Part shown: positions 43,065 to 52,684 of the stretch, in pieces
Numbering within the stretch: the stretch's first letter is position 1
How the letters are laid out: each line of letters begins with the position of its first letter
Assembly (NCBI GenBank): GCA_044449985.1
Contig: JBIOIQ010000005.1
Coordinates: 1-63,268, forward strand
Source: Candidatus Saccharimonadia bacterium
GTDB taxonomy: Bacteria; Patescibacteriota; Saccharimonadia; UBA4664; JBIOIQ01
Length of the DNA: 63,268 nucleotides
Reading direction: 5' to 3'
Program-made: the position numbers and the translations under genes
The notes under the pieces: generated by a model
Seen by the model: the letters and a program-made list of their open reading frames with translations, nothing else
Told to the model about the DNA's origin: nothing
Databases searched by the model: none

Positions 43065-43871
43065 TTAGTTTTTAAATTCCATGATGAAATAATCCTCTCT
43101 TACCTTGACCAGACCGGAAGTTGTCGCAATATTTGCCAGCTTCTCTTGCTGCCAGGGGTCACATTCAGTATAAACGATCCCCGTCGGATTTAAGAATGTT
43201 TGAATCCGTAAAAAAAACTCCCGGTACAATTCTAATCCGTCATTTCCGCCAAACAATGCAACGCCAGGCTCATTCTTAACTTCCGGCAATAGCTCAGCGT
43301 CAGTTTTTAAATAAGGTAGATTGCATACAATTATATCAAAAGTACCATTTATATTTTGCCACATATTTGAGTGTATAAATTTTATATTCAATTTGTGCGA
43401 GAGAGCATTTTGCCGGGCAACTTGCAGAGCCTGCTCGGATATGTCGCTGGCAGTTAACTTCAGATCAGGCCGATGCTTTGCCAGTGCGATTGCAAGGGCT
43501 CCCGAACCTGTTCCCATATCGAGAACACGTGAGCCTTTCGGGGCGCTATTAATTGCCCAGTCGACCATGGTCTCAGTTTCGACTCGAGGCGTTAATACAT
43601 CCGCTGTAATGGAAACATCCAACCCATAAAACTCTTTTTTCCCTGTCAAATGGACTAGCGGTAGTCTTTGCGCCCTTTTTTCGATGAATCCCTCAAAAGT
43701 TGTTTGTTGATTCTTAGTGAGAACTTGATCCGAATGCGCCAAAATATATTCACGGTTAGTCTTTAAGGCATGTGCAAGCAATAATTCGCTGTCCAGTCGG
43801 GCAGAGGGAATCCTGCTACCGGCTAAACGGTTTTTGGCATGCTTTAATTGCTCCTCAATCGTCCGTCCCAT
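43065..43871 (-). CDS. prmC: Release factor glutamine N5-methyltransferase PrmC/HemK
   Basis: SAM motif VLDMGTGSGA, an NPPY-type motif (CNLPY), and the position downstream of prfA. Confidence 0.92.
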   Translation of the reverse strand: MGRTIEEQLKHAKNRLAGSRIPSARLDSELLLAHALKTNREYILAHSDQVLTKNQQTTFEGFIEKRAQRLPLVHLTGKKEFYGLDVSITADVLTPRVETETMVDWAINSAPKGSRVLDMGTGSGALAIALAKHRPDLKLTASDISEQALQVARQNALSHKLNIKFIHSNMWQNINGTFDIIVCNLPYLKTDAELLPEVKNEPGVALFGGNDGLELYREFFLRIQTFLNPTGIVYTECDPWQQEKLANIATTSGLVKVREDYFIMEFKN

Positions 43872-44926
43872 TATGAACTTAACTCAAGTGCTTGATCGAG
43901 TTCAGCTGAGTGCAAGGCTTCAATCATTTCTTTAATCTGCCCGTCCATGAATCCGGGCAAGTTATGCCGACTCATGCCAATTCGATGATCAGTTACCCGA
44001 TCTTGAGGGAAATTATAGGTGCGGATTTTTTCGCTTCGATCACCTGAACCAATTTGACTTCTGCGGGCACTGTCGAGCGCGTCATGTTCCTGCTCAAGTT
44101 TCAAAGCCAGCAGTCTCGATCGCAGAACGCTCATGGCTTTAAGCTTATTTTTTAGTTGGCTTTTCTCATCCTGGCAGGTCACAACCAGACCGGTTGGCAG
44201 ATGAGTGATACGGACTGCCGAATCAGTCGTATTGACCGATTGTCCGCCGTGACCTCCGGAGCGATAGACGTCAATTCGTAAATCATTCGGACTTATTTCA
44301 AGCTCTGTTTCTTCAACCTCTGGCAGTACTGCAACTGTGACGGTTGAAGTATGAATTCGGCCTCCCGATTCCGTCACAGGGATACGCTGGACTCGGTGTA
44401 CGCCGGATTCATATTGGAGTTCGCCGTAGACTGAAGTGCCATAGACGCCAAAGATTACTTCCTTGTATCCGCCGACATCATTAGGACTCTCAGAGATTAA
44501 TTCGACTTTCCAGCCCTTTGTTTCGGCGTAGCGAGAATACATGCGCAGTAGTTCTCCGGCGAAGAGGGAGGCTTCATCGCCACCGGCGCCGGCGCGAATC
44601 TCGACGATTGCATTACTATCGACGTATGGATTTTTGGGTATTAAGGCAATCTTGAGCTCATCAGTGAGACGGCTCAGCCTGGACTGAAGTTCAGCAATCT
44701 CCTCAGCTGCCAGATCTGCCATTTCGGGGTCATTCGCAAGCTCTCTAGCTTCGCGAAGTTCCTGCACTAGCTTGGCTTTATTATCATATAATGCTATCAA
44801 TTCTTGGAGTTCGCCTTGTCGTTTGCTGAGTTTGGCATAATCCGGAGATGAAAAAATATCCGGTTCGTTTAAGCGACTCGTTATGCTACTGTATTCGTCT
44901 CGATATTTAGATTCTATGTCGTCCAT
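43871..44926 (-). CDS. prfA: Peptide chain release factor 1
   Basis: GGQ motif ([12 protein letters not shown]) and a PxT-type tripeptide (PVT). Confidence 0.96.
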   Translation of the reverse strand: MDDIESKYRDEYSSITSRLNEPDIFSSPDYAKLSKRQGELQELIALYDNKAKLVQELREARELANDPEMADLAAEEIAELQSRLSRLTDELKIALIPKNPYVDSNAIVEIRAGAGGDEASLFAGELLRMYSRYAETKGWKVELISESPNDVGGYKEVIFGVYGTSVYGELQYESGVHRVQRIPVTESGGRIHTSTVTVAVLPEVEETELEISPNDLRIDVYRSGGHGGQSVNTTDSAVRITHLPTGLVVTCQDEKSQLKNKLKAMSVLRSRLLALKLEQEHDALDSARRSQIGSGDRSEKIRTYNFPQDRVTDHRIGMSRHNLPGFMDGQIKEMIEALHSAELDQALELSS

Positions 44927-44980
44927 TGGATGGTTCCTGCAAGCTTTTTCTTGATTACATTGATACTTTGGAGTTGTTCC

Positions 44981-45028
44981 GTACTAAAAAACACTGTCCT
45001 TATTGTATCAGGCAGTGTTTTTTAGTAC
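44981..45028 (-). terminator. Perfect 16-bp palindromic terminator between rpmE and prfA
   Basis: GTACTAAAAAACACTG (44981-44996) pairs with CAGTGTTTTTTAGTAC (45013-45028), giving A/T runs on both strands. Confidence 0.8.
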
Positions 45029-45032
45029 GCGT

Positions 45033-45374
45033 TTAGTCTTCGGCAGGAGTATTTGCGGCTGAATTGTCGGTCGTTTCTTGCTCAAGTTTGGTTTCAATGT
45101 TTTCAAGCTCAGCTTCTTCGCTGGCGTTCGATTTTCGAGTAGCTTTGGGTTTGGCTGCGGCTTGGAGCTTTTCAGCATGGGTACGTCGGGCGTTAAACTT
45201 ATCCACTCGGCCGGCAGTATCTACTAGTTTTTGTTTACCAGTGTAGAAGGGATGGCAATTCGAACAGATCTCGACCGTAATTTCGGGCACGGTTGAGTGC
45301 GTTTTAAATGTCGTATTGCAACCATTACAGTGCACGGTTGTTTCCATATATTGTGGATGAATTGCTGATTTCAT
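45033..45374 (-). CDS. rpmE: 50S ribosomal protein L31 (zinc-binding type) with ~45-aa charged C-terminal extension
   Basis: [27 protein letters not shown] core, followed by a Lys/Glu/Ala-rich tail. I prefer the ATG at 45374 over the track start at 45407. Confidence 0.9.
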   Translation of the reverse strand: MKSAIHPQYMETTVHCNGCNTTFKTHSTVPEITVEICSNCHPFYTGKQKLVDTAGRVDKFNARRTHAEKLQAAAKPKATRKSNASEEAELENIETKLEQETTDNSAANTPAED

Positions 45375-45475
45375 ATTGAAATAATATACCAGATTCCCTC
45401 GGTTCACGCAAGGAGTCCACGTTAAACCCGGATCGCATGGTTTTGACAGTTTTTATTAGTTGGGCGTCGGCAGGG

Positions 45476-45504
45476 TTGCTTAGCCTCACCTAATCTGTTA
45501 CAAT
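45476..45504 (+). promoter_or_regulatory. Sigma70-type promoter for rpsB-tsf-frr (TTGCTT-17-TACAAT)
   Basis: -35 at 45476-45481 and -10 at 45499-45504, ~90 nt upstream of rpsB. Confidence 0.5.
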
Positions 45505-45595
45505 CGGTCTTAGCAACTATCAATAAACGAATCAACTTCGACTCTTAATCCTCCGCACTCGCGGCGTCGGAGCCAAGCTAAAAGGAGATATTATT

Positions 45596-46360
45596 ATGGC
45601 AGAGGTTAGCCTCAAAGATTTACTCGAGGCCGGAGCACATTTCGGTCATCAAACTCGCCGCTGGAATCCAAAAATGAAGCCTTATATTTTTGGTGCCCGT
45701 GGTGGAAATCACATTATAGACTTAACAAAAACCAGCGAATGTTTGGAAGTCGCTGTCAGTTTTGCCGAAAAAGTTACCGGCGGCGGCGGTTCAATCCTAT
45801 TTGTTGGTACTAAAAAACAAATTCAGTCGATCGTGAAAAATGCTGCTATCGGTGCCGAACAACCATACGTAACCGAACGCTGGTTAGGTGGGATGCTGAC
45901 TAATTTTCGGACAATTCGTGCCCAAGTCAACCGACTCAAAAAACTGCAGGCTCAAAGCGAATCCGGAGAGTTGGCGGCGAATTATAACAAAAAAGAACAA
46001 GGCGTTCTAGGCGCGGAGATGGGTAAGTTAAGCTCAATATTTGGTGGTATTAAAGACATGGATGGTTTGCCGGCAGCATTGTTTGTGGTTGATGCACCGC
46101 GCGAGCATATTGCAATCAGTGAAGCCGTGAAACTCGGGATTCCGGTAATTGCAATTGCGGATTCGAATGCCAATCCGGACTTAATTGACTATCCAATTCC
46201 GGCAAATGATGACGCACTACGTTCAGTCATGATTATTACCGGCGCCATTGCGGATGCGGCCAAATCCGGCAGGCAAAAAGCCGGTGAGCGTGCCAAAGAG
46301 AATGAGCAATCGAGCGAATCAACCGATGAAGTAGCGCCGAAGACTAAGAAAAAGGAATAA
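45596..46360 (+). CDS. rpsB: 30S ribosomal protein S2
   Basis: LLEAGAHFGHQTRRWNPKM signature, with AAAGGAG upstream. Confidence 0.97.
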   Translation: MAEVSLKDLLEAGAHFGHQTRRWNPKMKPYIFGARGGNHIIDLTKTSECLEVAVSFAEKVTGGGGSILFVGTKKQIQSIVKNAAIGAEQPYVTERWLGGMLTNFRTIRAQVNRLKKLQAQSESGELAANYNKKEQGVLGAEMGKLSSIFGGIKDMDGLPAALFVVDAPREHIAISEAVKLGIPVIAIADSNANPDLIDYPIPANDDALRSVMIITGAIADAAKSGRQKAGERAKENEQSSESTDEVAPKTKKKE

Positions 46361-46363
46361 AGG

Positions 46364-46960
46364 ATGGCAAGTCTCGAAGACATTAAAAAATTACGGGATA
46401 TGACTGGCGCCGGAATGATGAGTGCCAAACGGGCTCTTGAAGAAGCCGACGGAAATTTTGAGCTTGCCATAGAAATCTTGCGCAAAGCCGGAGAAGCGAC
46501 GGCCGCTAAAAAAGCCGATCGCGACGCTAGCTGTGGAATAGTCGAAAGTTATATTCATGGCGGTCGCATTGGGGTGATTGTCGAGGTAAATTGCGAAACG
46601 GATTTTGTTGCTCGTACCGAGGAGTTTAAAAACTTTGCCCATGATATTGCCATGCAGGTTGCGGCAGCCAGTCCCGGATACCTAAATCCGTCCGACGTGC
46701 CCGAAGCGGTTATCAAAGCCGAGAAAGAAATATTTATGGCGGATCTCTCGGCTCAGAACAAACCAGCCGACGTGTTAGAGAAAATAATTCAAGGTAAAAT
46801 CGACAAATTCTACGAATCAGCCTGTCTCACCAAACAAGTTTATGTAAAAGATCCGGACCAAACTATCGAACAACTTACTAAGACTTTAATTGCTAAACTC
46901 GGCGAAAACATTGTCATTCGACGGTACAACCGATTAGAATTAGGAGTATATGACAACTAG
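46364..46960 (+). CDS. tsf: Elongation factor Ts (short form)
   Basis: UBA-like N-terminus IKKLRDMTGAGMMSAKRALEEA, in the rpsB-tsf synteny. Confidence 0.93.
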   Translation: MASLEDIKKLRDMTGAGMMSAKRALEEADGNFELAIEILRKAGEATAAKKADRDASCGIVESYIHGGRIGVIVEVNCETDFVARTEEFKNFAHDIAMQVAAASPGYLNPSDVPEAVIKAEKEIFMADLSAQNKPADVLEKIIQGKIDKFYESACLTKQVYVKDPDQTIEQLTKTLIAKLGENIVIRRYNRLELGVYDN

Positions 46961-47513
46961 AGATTTAGTGAATTCGACTGATCCAAAAATGGCCAAAGCC
47001 GTCGAGCATTTGCGCGATGAACTGAATAGTTTGCGTACTGGTCGGGCGAGCGTCGTGATGGTCGATGGAATAGTAGTTGATTATTACGGTCAGTCGATGC
47101 AGCTAAAGCAACTGGCGACGATTGGCACACCTGATGCGCGGACTCTAGCTATTACCCCATGGGACCACAATGCCATGGATCCGATCGAAAAAGCCATTCG
47201 AGATACGCAGAGCCTAGGGCTAACACCTAACAATGACGGGCATACGATCAGGTTAAATATTCCGCCGATGACCGAGGAGCGTCGCAAAGAAGTCGTTAAG
47301 TCTCTGGGTGAAAAGATAGAAAATACTCACGTGACGCTGCGAAATATCCGTCATGAAGTCTTAAATGAAGTGAAAAAACTCGAGAAAGACAAGCAAGCCA
47401 CTCAAGACGATGTGAAGTTTGCCGAACAGGAACTGAATCGAAAGATTGATAACTACCGCATCACGATTGAAGAGATCGAGAAAGCCAAGACTGCCGAAAT
47501 AATGCAGGTTTAG
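46950..47513 (+). CDS. frr: Ribosome recycling factor
   Basis: 187 aa with RTGRAS and PPMTEERRKE motifs. Confidence 0.95.
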   Translation: MTTRDLVNSTDPKMAKAVEHLRDELNSLRTGRASVVMVDGIVVDYYGQSMQLKQLATIGTPDARTLAITPWDHNAMDPIEKAIRDTQSLGLTPNNDGHTIRLNIPPMTEERRKEVVKSLGEKIENTHVTLRNIRHEVLNEVKKLEKDKQATQDDVKFAEQELNRKIDNYRITIEEIEKAKTAEIMQV

Positions 47514-47572
47514 TCTTATAACTTTTGTGAGGTTGCTATTAGGCTAGCGCCTAAACAAGCAAATGAGGGATT

Positions 47573-48274
47573 ATGGTAGAGTCAAATCACGTGGTAGTTC
47601 CGCTCCATATAGCTATTATTCCGGACGGTAATCGAAGATGGGCGAAAGCCCAAGGCAAGCCTGTTTTTGTGGGACATAGGGCGGGCTATGATAATCTTAA
47701 AAGAATCTGCGAATACGCGGCTTCGCGTGGTGTAAGCTACCTCTCGGCTTATGTGTTCTCAACCCAGAATTGGCAAAGACCAGCCCGCGAAGTCGATTTC
47801 TTAATGGATCTTTTGACTACCGGTCTTGCTAAAGATTTTGATTGGTTTGAGAAAAATAATTTTCGGTTGCTTTGGATTGGGCAGTCGGACAAAGTAAATC
47901 CCAAACTCGCCCGTGAGCTAAACCTACTCGCTCAAAAGACCAAGGATTTTACTAAAGCCACTATCAACCTCTGTTTTAATTATGGGGCTCGCGAAGATAT
48001 TGTAATGGCATTACGCCAGATCTTGCGAGAAGGGGTATCTCCCGAACAGGTAAATGAAGAGGTAGTTTCCGCACATTTATCAACGGCGGGTATTCCGGAT
48101 CCGGATTTAATTATTCGTACATCCGGTGAATATCGGTTATCTAACTTTTTACTATGGGAGAGTACTTATAGTGAATTGTATTTTTCAGCGAAATATTGGC
48201 CAGAATTTGATACAGTAGAGTTTGAGCTTGCACTAGCGGAATATGCCAGGCGGCAAAGAAGATTCGGACGATAA
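47573..48274 (+). CDS. uppS: Undecaprenyl diphosphate synthase
   Basis: IIPDGNRRWA, and RTSGEYRLSNFLLWE at the C-terminal motif. Confidence 0.95.
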   Translation: MVESNHVVVPLHIAIIPDGNRRWAKAQGKPVFVGHRAGYDNLKRICEYAASRGVSYLSAYVFSTQNWQRPAREVDFLMDLLTTGLAKDFDWFEKNNFRLLWIGQSDKVNPKLARELNLLAQKTKDFTKATINLCFNYGAREDIVMALRQILREGVSPEQVNEEVVSAHLSTAGIPDPDLIIRTSGEYRLSNFLLWESTYSELYFSAKYWPEFDTVEFELALAEYARRQRRFGR

Positions 48275-48297
48275 CAAGGAATTAGGCACATCTGCTC

Positions 48298-49401
48298 ATG
48301 ATACTAACGCTTATTTTGGTCATAGTGATATTTGGATGCTTAGTATTCGTTCATGAGTTTGGCCACTTTTTAGTTGCAAAAAAAAGCGGAGTTGAAGTCG
48401 AAGAGTTTGGATTTGGATTTCCACCTCGGATTGTGGGACGCAAAGTCGGTAAAACTGTCTACAGTCTTAACTGGTTGCCATTGGGTGGATTCGTCCGGCT
48501 CTACGGGGAAGATTCTTCAGACACTCGCCCAAAAACATTTGGTGCGGCTTCTATCGGGGTCAAAACGGCCATCTTGCTGGCCGGGGTTGTGATGAATTTA
48601 ATTCTGGCATACCTTATCGTGCTGGTGCTTTGTTTTACCGGTCTTCCAGCCGTTTTCACGAGTGGATTTGTACTTCCAAAACCGGTATCGAGTACGCCGA
48701 AGCAGGTGATGGTAGTTGATGTTGGGAGTGGCACTCCGGCGGCAACAGCAGGAATTGTTCGAGGCGACATTATTCTCTCAGGCGGCTCCCAAGAATTTAC
48801 GGACGAAAATCAGCTGATTGCTTTTACCAAGTCTCATGCCGGGGAGACTGTCGATTTTTCGGTCCTGCATGGAGGCAAAAAAGTTCAAGACCAGATTAGT
48901 CTGCGGAGCAAGAAAGCCGGTGCGACTTCCGGTTACCTCGGCGTAACTCCCTTGCAGGTTTACAGTCTTTATTATGGACTGAGCTCGTTCTGGGTGGCGG
49001 GCTCTCTGAGTGCCCAAGTCGTCTGGGCGACGCTTGCCGGGGTAATACTCTTATTTATTCATTTGCCAGCACTTATTGTGGGACTCTTCCAACCCGGGAT
49101 TCCGCAAGCAGCCGCCGGAGTGGCCGGACCAATTGGTATATTTACTCTGATTCAGAGTATTACGGCTCTGGGGTGGAACTATTTAATGTTCCTTGTCATG
49201 ACGATATCAGTGGCCCTCGCTGTCTTTAATGTTCTGCCAATTCCTGTGCTTGATGGAGGAAAACTCTTTCTGATTTGGTTGCAAAAGTTACTGAATCGAA
49301 CCTTCAGTCCTCGGACCGAGGCCAGGATTTATACCGCCAGCTTTGCCGTGCTTGGTTTACTTATCATCATGATTAGTATTTTTGATATCCGGAGACTTTA
49401 A
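48298..49401 (+). CDS. rseP: Site-2 protease RseP/M50 family zinc metalloprotease with PDZ domain
   Basis: HEFGHF motif in TM1, an internal PDZ-like segment, and NVLPIPVLDGG at the C-terminal motif. Confidence 0.92.
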   Translation: MILTLILVIVIFGCLVFVHEFGHFLVAKKSGVEVEEFGFGFPPRIVGRKVGKTVYSLNWLPLGGFVRLYGEDSSDTRPKTFGAASIGVKTAILLAGVVMNLILAYLIVLVLCFTGLPAVFTSGFVLPKPVSSTPKQVMVVDVGSGTPAATAGIVRGDIILSGGSQEFTDENQLIAFTKSHAGETVDFSVLHGGKKVQDQISLRSKKAGATSGYLGVTPLQVYSLYYGLSSFWVAGSLSAQVVWATLAGVILLFIHLPALIVGLFQPGIPQAAAGVAGPIGIFTLIQSITALGWNYLMFLVMTISVALAVFNVLPIPVLDGGKLFLIWLQKLLNRTFSPRTEARIYTASFAVLGLLIIMISIFDIRRL

Positions 49402-50134
49402 TGTCTTGAAGAAACTCGAACCGATTCGTGTTCCATGGAAGCCAGTAGACGGACTGATAGTATTCGGTCTGGCCTGGATAGGAGTGCCGGTCGTTTTGAT
49501 AATTTTTATGCGCCTGGCGTCTCCGCTCGTGCCAATCTTTGGCACGCTTCTAGTGAGCTTTCGCAACGGCGATATTGTGGCGAGCTTTGTCTTTGCAATA
49601 GTCAATGCTGTCGCGGCACTTGGAGTCATTGCATTTTATCTTCATCGCTACCATGCCAGTTGGCAAGATTTGGGATGGCGAAAATTTAACTTTGCCAGAA
49701 CTATAATGTATCTGGTGATCGGATTTATATTGTTTCTCGTTATCATTCAACTGACTTTCATGGCCCTGGTTTGGCTGGTGCCCTCATTTAATCCGGCTCA
49801 GCCGCAAACCAATGACTTTACGGCTCCGACCACTTCACTCGGGAGGCAATTAAGCTTAATCGCGCTCGTTTTACTGCCTCCGGTAGTCGAAGAAACCGTC
49901 TTTCGTGGCTTTATTTTTCCAGCCTTCTCAAAATGGCGAGGGGAAGTGGTGGGGGCGATTATGACGAGTATATTATTTGGTTTTGCCCATCTGCAATACA
50001 ACGTTAGTATCTACACGCTTATCTTAAGTCTGATATTATGTTATATGTACTGGAGACTACGCAGTATTTGGCCAGGAGTCGCACTACATATGATCAATAA
50101 CTATATTGCTTATTCAGCCATCATAAAGAAATGA
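49382..50134 (+). CDS. CPBP (CAAX) family intramembrane metalloprotease
   Basis: EETVFRG, FGFAH and HMINN motifs. The start is uncertain (TTG at 49382 overlaps rseP by 20 nt). Confidence 0.85.
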   Translation: MISGDFNVLKKLEPIRVPWKPVDGLIVFGLAWIGVPVVLIIFMRLASPLVPIFGTLLVSFRNGDIVASFVFAIVNAVAALGVIAFYLHRYHASWQDLGWRKFNFARTIMYLVIGFILFLVIIQLTFMALVWLVPSFNPAQPQTNDFTAPTTSLGRQLSLIALVLLPPVVEETVFRGFIFPAFSKWRGEVVGAIMTSILFGFAHLQYNVSIYTLILSLILCYMYWRLRSIWPGVALHMINNYIAYSAIIKK

Positions 50135-51372
50135 AATTATCTCAAACCTTTGTTCGTACAGATAAGAATTATTCCGGTGAGGGGGAAGCTGCCAATCATC
50201 GTTTGCTGGTCAAAGCCGGCTTTGTGCGCCAGGAAGCGGCCGGTATTTACAGTTATTTGCCGCTGGGGTTGCGGGTACTGCGTAATATTGAGGCAATTGT
50301 CCGAATTGGAATGAATAATTTGGGGGCAGAAGAAATTCTCATGCCGGTACTTCATCCCGCCGCACCCTGGAAGACGACCGGAGGATGGGATTCGATTGAT
50401 GTACTCTATAAGTTAAAGAGTCGGACCGGCCAAGAATATGCGCTTGGGCAGAGTGAAGAAGAGATTGTGACTCCGCTCGTTATGGGCATAGTCAGCTCTT
50501 ATAAAGATTTACCAAGAATTGTCTACCAAATCCACTGGAAATATCGCGATGAACTGAGAGCGAAATCCGGTATCCTGCGCGGTCGTGAATTTTTTATGAA
50601 AGATATGTATAGTTTTCATGCTTCGCAGGAAGATTTTGATAGTTTTTACAAGCGAGCCAAGGATGCATATATTGATATTTATGGGGAGCTCGGTCTGACG
50701 GCCAAAGTAACCGAAGCATCGGGGGGTAATTTTTCCGAAAAAATCTCCTATGAGTTTGAGGTTCTGACCGATGCCGGGGAAGACGTGATTTATTATTGTG
50801 AAAACTGTGATTTCTGCGTCGAAGATGAAGTTGCCAAAGTGAAGCCGGGAGACCTTTGTCCGAGATGCGCCAAAGCCAAACTAAAAAGTGCCAAAGCTGC
50901 CGAAGTTGGCAATGTCTTTGATCTCGGTCAAAAATATGGTAAAGATTTCGATCTGGGCTATGTTGACCAAAAAGATGAGAAACATTATCCGATAATGGGG
51001 TGTTATGGTATAGGGATTTCGAGAGTAATGGGTGTGATCGTTGAAAAATATCACGACGAGGCTGGTATTATTTGGCCGGAATCAGTTGCACCTGCCAAAG
51101 TGCACATTATCTCGATCGGAGGCGAAAAATCCGCCGCCGCTGCGGGAATTGTTTATGAAAAGCTGACGAAGCAAGGTATAGAATGTATCTTTGACGATCG
51201 TGATAATGTCACCGCGGGTGAAAAGTTTGCTGATTTTGATCTTATTGGTTGCCCCTATCGCGTAACCATTAGTCAAAAAACACTCGCGCAAGACGGAGCA
51301 GAAATCAAACGAAGAACCTCCAGTGCTACCGAAATCATTCCTTTAAGTCAGCTTGTAAAGTCGTTTACTTAG
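50131..51372 (+). CDS. proS: Prolyl-tRNA synthetase, compact form lacking the INS editing domain, with a Cys4 zinc-ribbon insert
   Basis: Class II motifs (FRDELRAKSGILRGREF, GCYGIGISR), an anticodon-binding C-terminus, and CENC...CPRC at 50797-50868. Only 413 aa. Confidence 0.9.
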   Translation: MKLSQTFVRTDKNYSGEGEAANHRLLVKAGFVRQEAAGIYSYLPLGLRVLRNIEAIVRIGMNNLGAEEILMPVLHPAAPWKTTGGWDSIDVLYKLKSRTGQEYALGQSEEEIVTPLVMGIVSSYKDLPRIVYQIHWKYRDELRAKSGILRGREFFMKDMYSFHASQEDFDSFYKRAKDAYIDIYGELGLTAKVTEASGGNFSEKISYEFEVLTDAGEDVIYYCENCDFCVEDEVAKVKPGDLCPRCAKAKLKSAKAAEVGNVFDLGQKYGKDFDLGYVDQKDEKHYPIMGCYGIGISRVMGVIVEKYHDEAGIIWPESVAPAKVHIISIGGEKSAAAAGIVYEKLTKQGIECIFDDRDNVTAGEKFADFDLIGCPYRVTISQKTLAQDGAEIKRRTSSATEIIPLSQLVKSFT

Positions 51373-51571
51373 TCATAAAGGCAGTCGAAGTGTCTGTCTC
51401 GAATAAAAATGTTATGCTTTTTGTTCGAGAAAATCGCGTAATTTATTGTTGGATAACAAAGTTACACTTGTGAGTGGAAGTGAGCATTGATAAACTTACA
51501 GATATGATACTGCTTTTGTCTGTGGAACGACTGGTGGCTGGTTACCGAGTGTCTTGGGGTGCCAAAAAAAG

Positions 51572-52624
51572 ATGATAAACCGCTTTCTAGGGCTGTTTTC
51601 TCATGATATTGGTATTGATTTGGGTACTGCAAATACTTTGGTGTATGTCAGGGGCAAGGGCATATCGATCAACGAACCAAGTGTTGTTGCGGTTAACACT
51701 AAAACCAACCAAGTCTTAGCCATTGGTGACGAGGCTAAAAAAATGGTCGGGCGAACACCAGCCAATATCGTGGCTACCCGGCCCTTGGTTGACGGAGTTG
51801 TCAGCGATTTTGAAGTCACTGAGCAGATGCTCAAGTACTTTATCGATAAGGTACATAAAGAAAGCTTCAGTATTTTTCCAAGACCGCGGGTAGTTATCGG
51901 TATTCCGAGTGGGGTGACCGAAGTTGAGAAACGGGCGGTTGAAGATGCGGCCACCAATGCCGGAGCAAGGCAAACATTTTTGGTCGAAGAACCAATGGCC
52001 GCCGCCATTGGCAGTCGTCTGCCTATTCAAGATGCGGCTGGGAGTATGATCGTCGATATTGGGGGTGGTACCACAGAAGTTGCCGTTATTTCGCTCGGTG
52101 GTATCGTAGCGTCGCGCAGTTTGCGCATCGCCGGAGACGAATTGTCTGAAGATATTATTCAGTTTGCCCGCGACGAGTTTAATCTTCAAATTGGTGAGCG
52201 GACGGCGGAAAATATCAAAATCGCCATCGGTTCTGCTTATCCCATGCAGAAAGTCTCCGAAGCACCGATGCGCGGGCGAGACCTTGTGACCGGTCTGCCG
52301 AAAGAGATAATTGTTAACTCTGATCAAATTCGAGCGGCCCTTTCAAAAAGCATTCGCACGATCGTTGATGCTATTAAAATTACGATTGAAGAAACCCCAC
52401 CGGAGCTCGTTGCTGATATTATGGACCGCGGGATTATTTTAGCCGGGGGAGGCGCACTTTTGCGCGGACTCGACCTGCTGCTTCATCGAGAGACGAAGAT
52501 GCCGGTTTATGTAACTGACGACCCACTGACCGCGGTGGCTCGCGGAACGGGACTGGTACTCGAAGATATTGATAGTTTAAAAGATGTTTTAGTTTCTACG
52601 CAGTTTGGAAAAATACCTCGTTAA
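51572..52624 (+). CDS. mreB: Rod-shape determining actin homologue MreB
   Basis: FSHDIGIDLGTANT, DIGGGTTE and LAGGGALL motifs. I prefer the ATG at 51572 (N-terminus MINRFLGLFS, as in MreB). Confidence 0.95.
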   Translation: MINRFLGLFSHDIGIDLGTANTLVYVRGKGISINEPSVVAVNTKTNQVLAIGDEAKKMVGRTPANIVATRPLVDGVVSDFEVTEQMLKYFIDKVHKESFSIFPRPRVVIGIPSGVTEVEKRAVEDAATNAGARQTFLVEEPMAAAIGSRLPIQDAAGSMIVDIGGGTTEVAVISLGGIVASRSLRIAGDELSEDIIQFARDEFNLQIGERTAENIKIAIGSAYPMQKVSEAPMRGRDLVTGLPKEIIVNSDQIRAALSKSIRTIVDAIKITIEETPPELVADIMDRGIILAGGGALLRGLDLLLHRETKMPVYVTDDPLTAVARGTGLVLEDIDSLKDVLVSTQFGKIPR

Positions 52625-52684
52625 TTATGATGCGAAAAGAGAATGTTTGATCGTTTTGTTAGACATTTCGGAGTGGTTTAAGCG

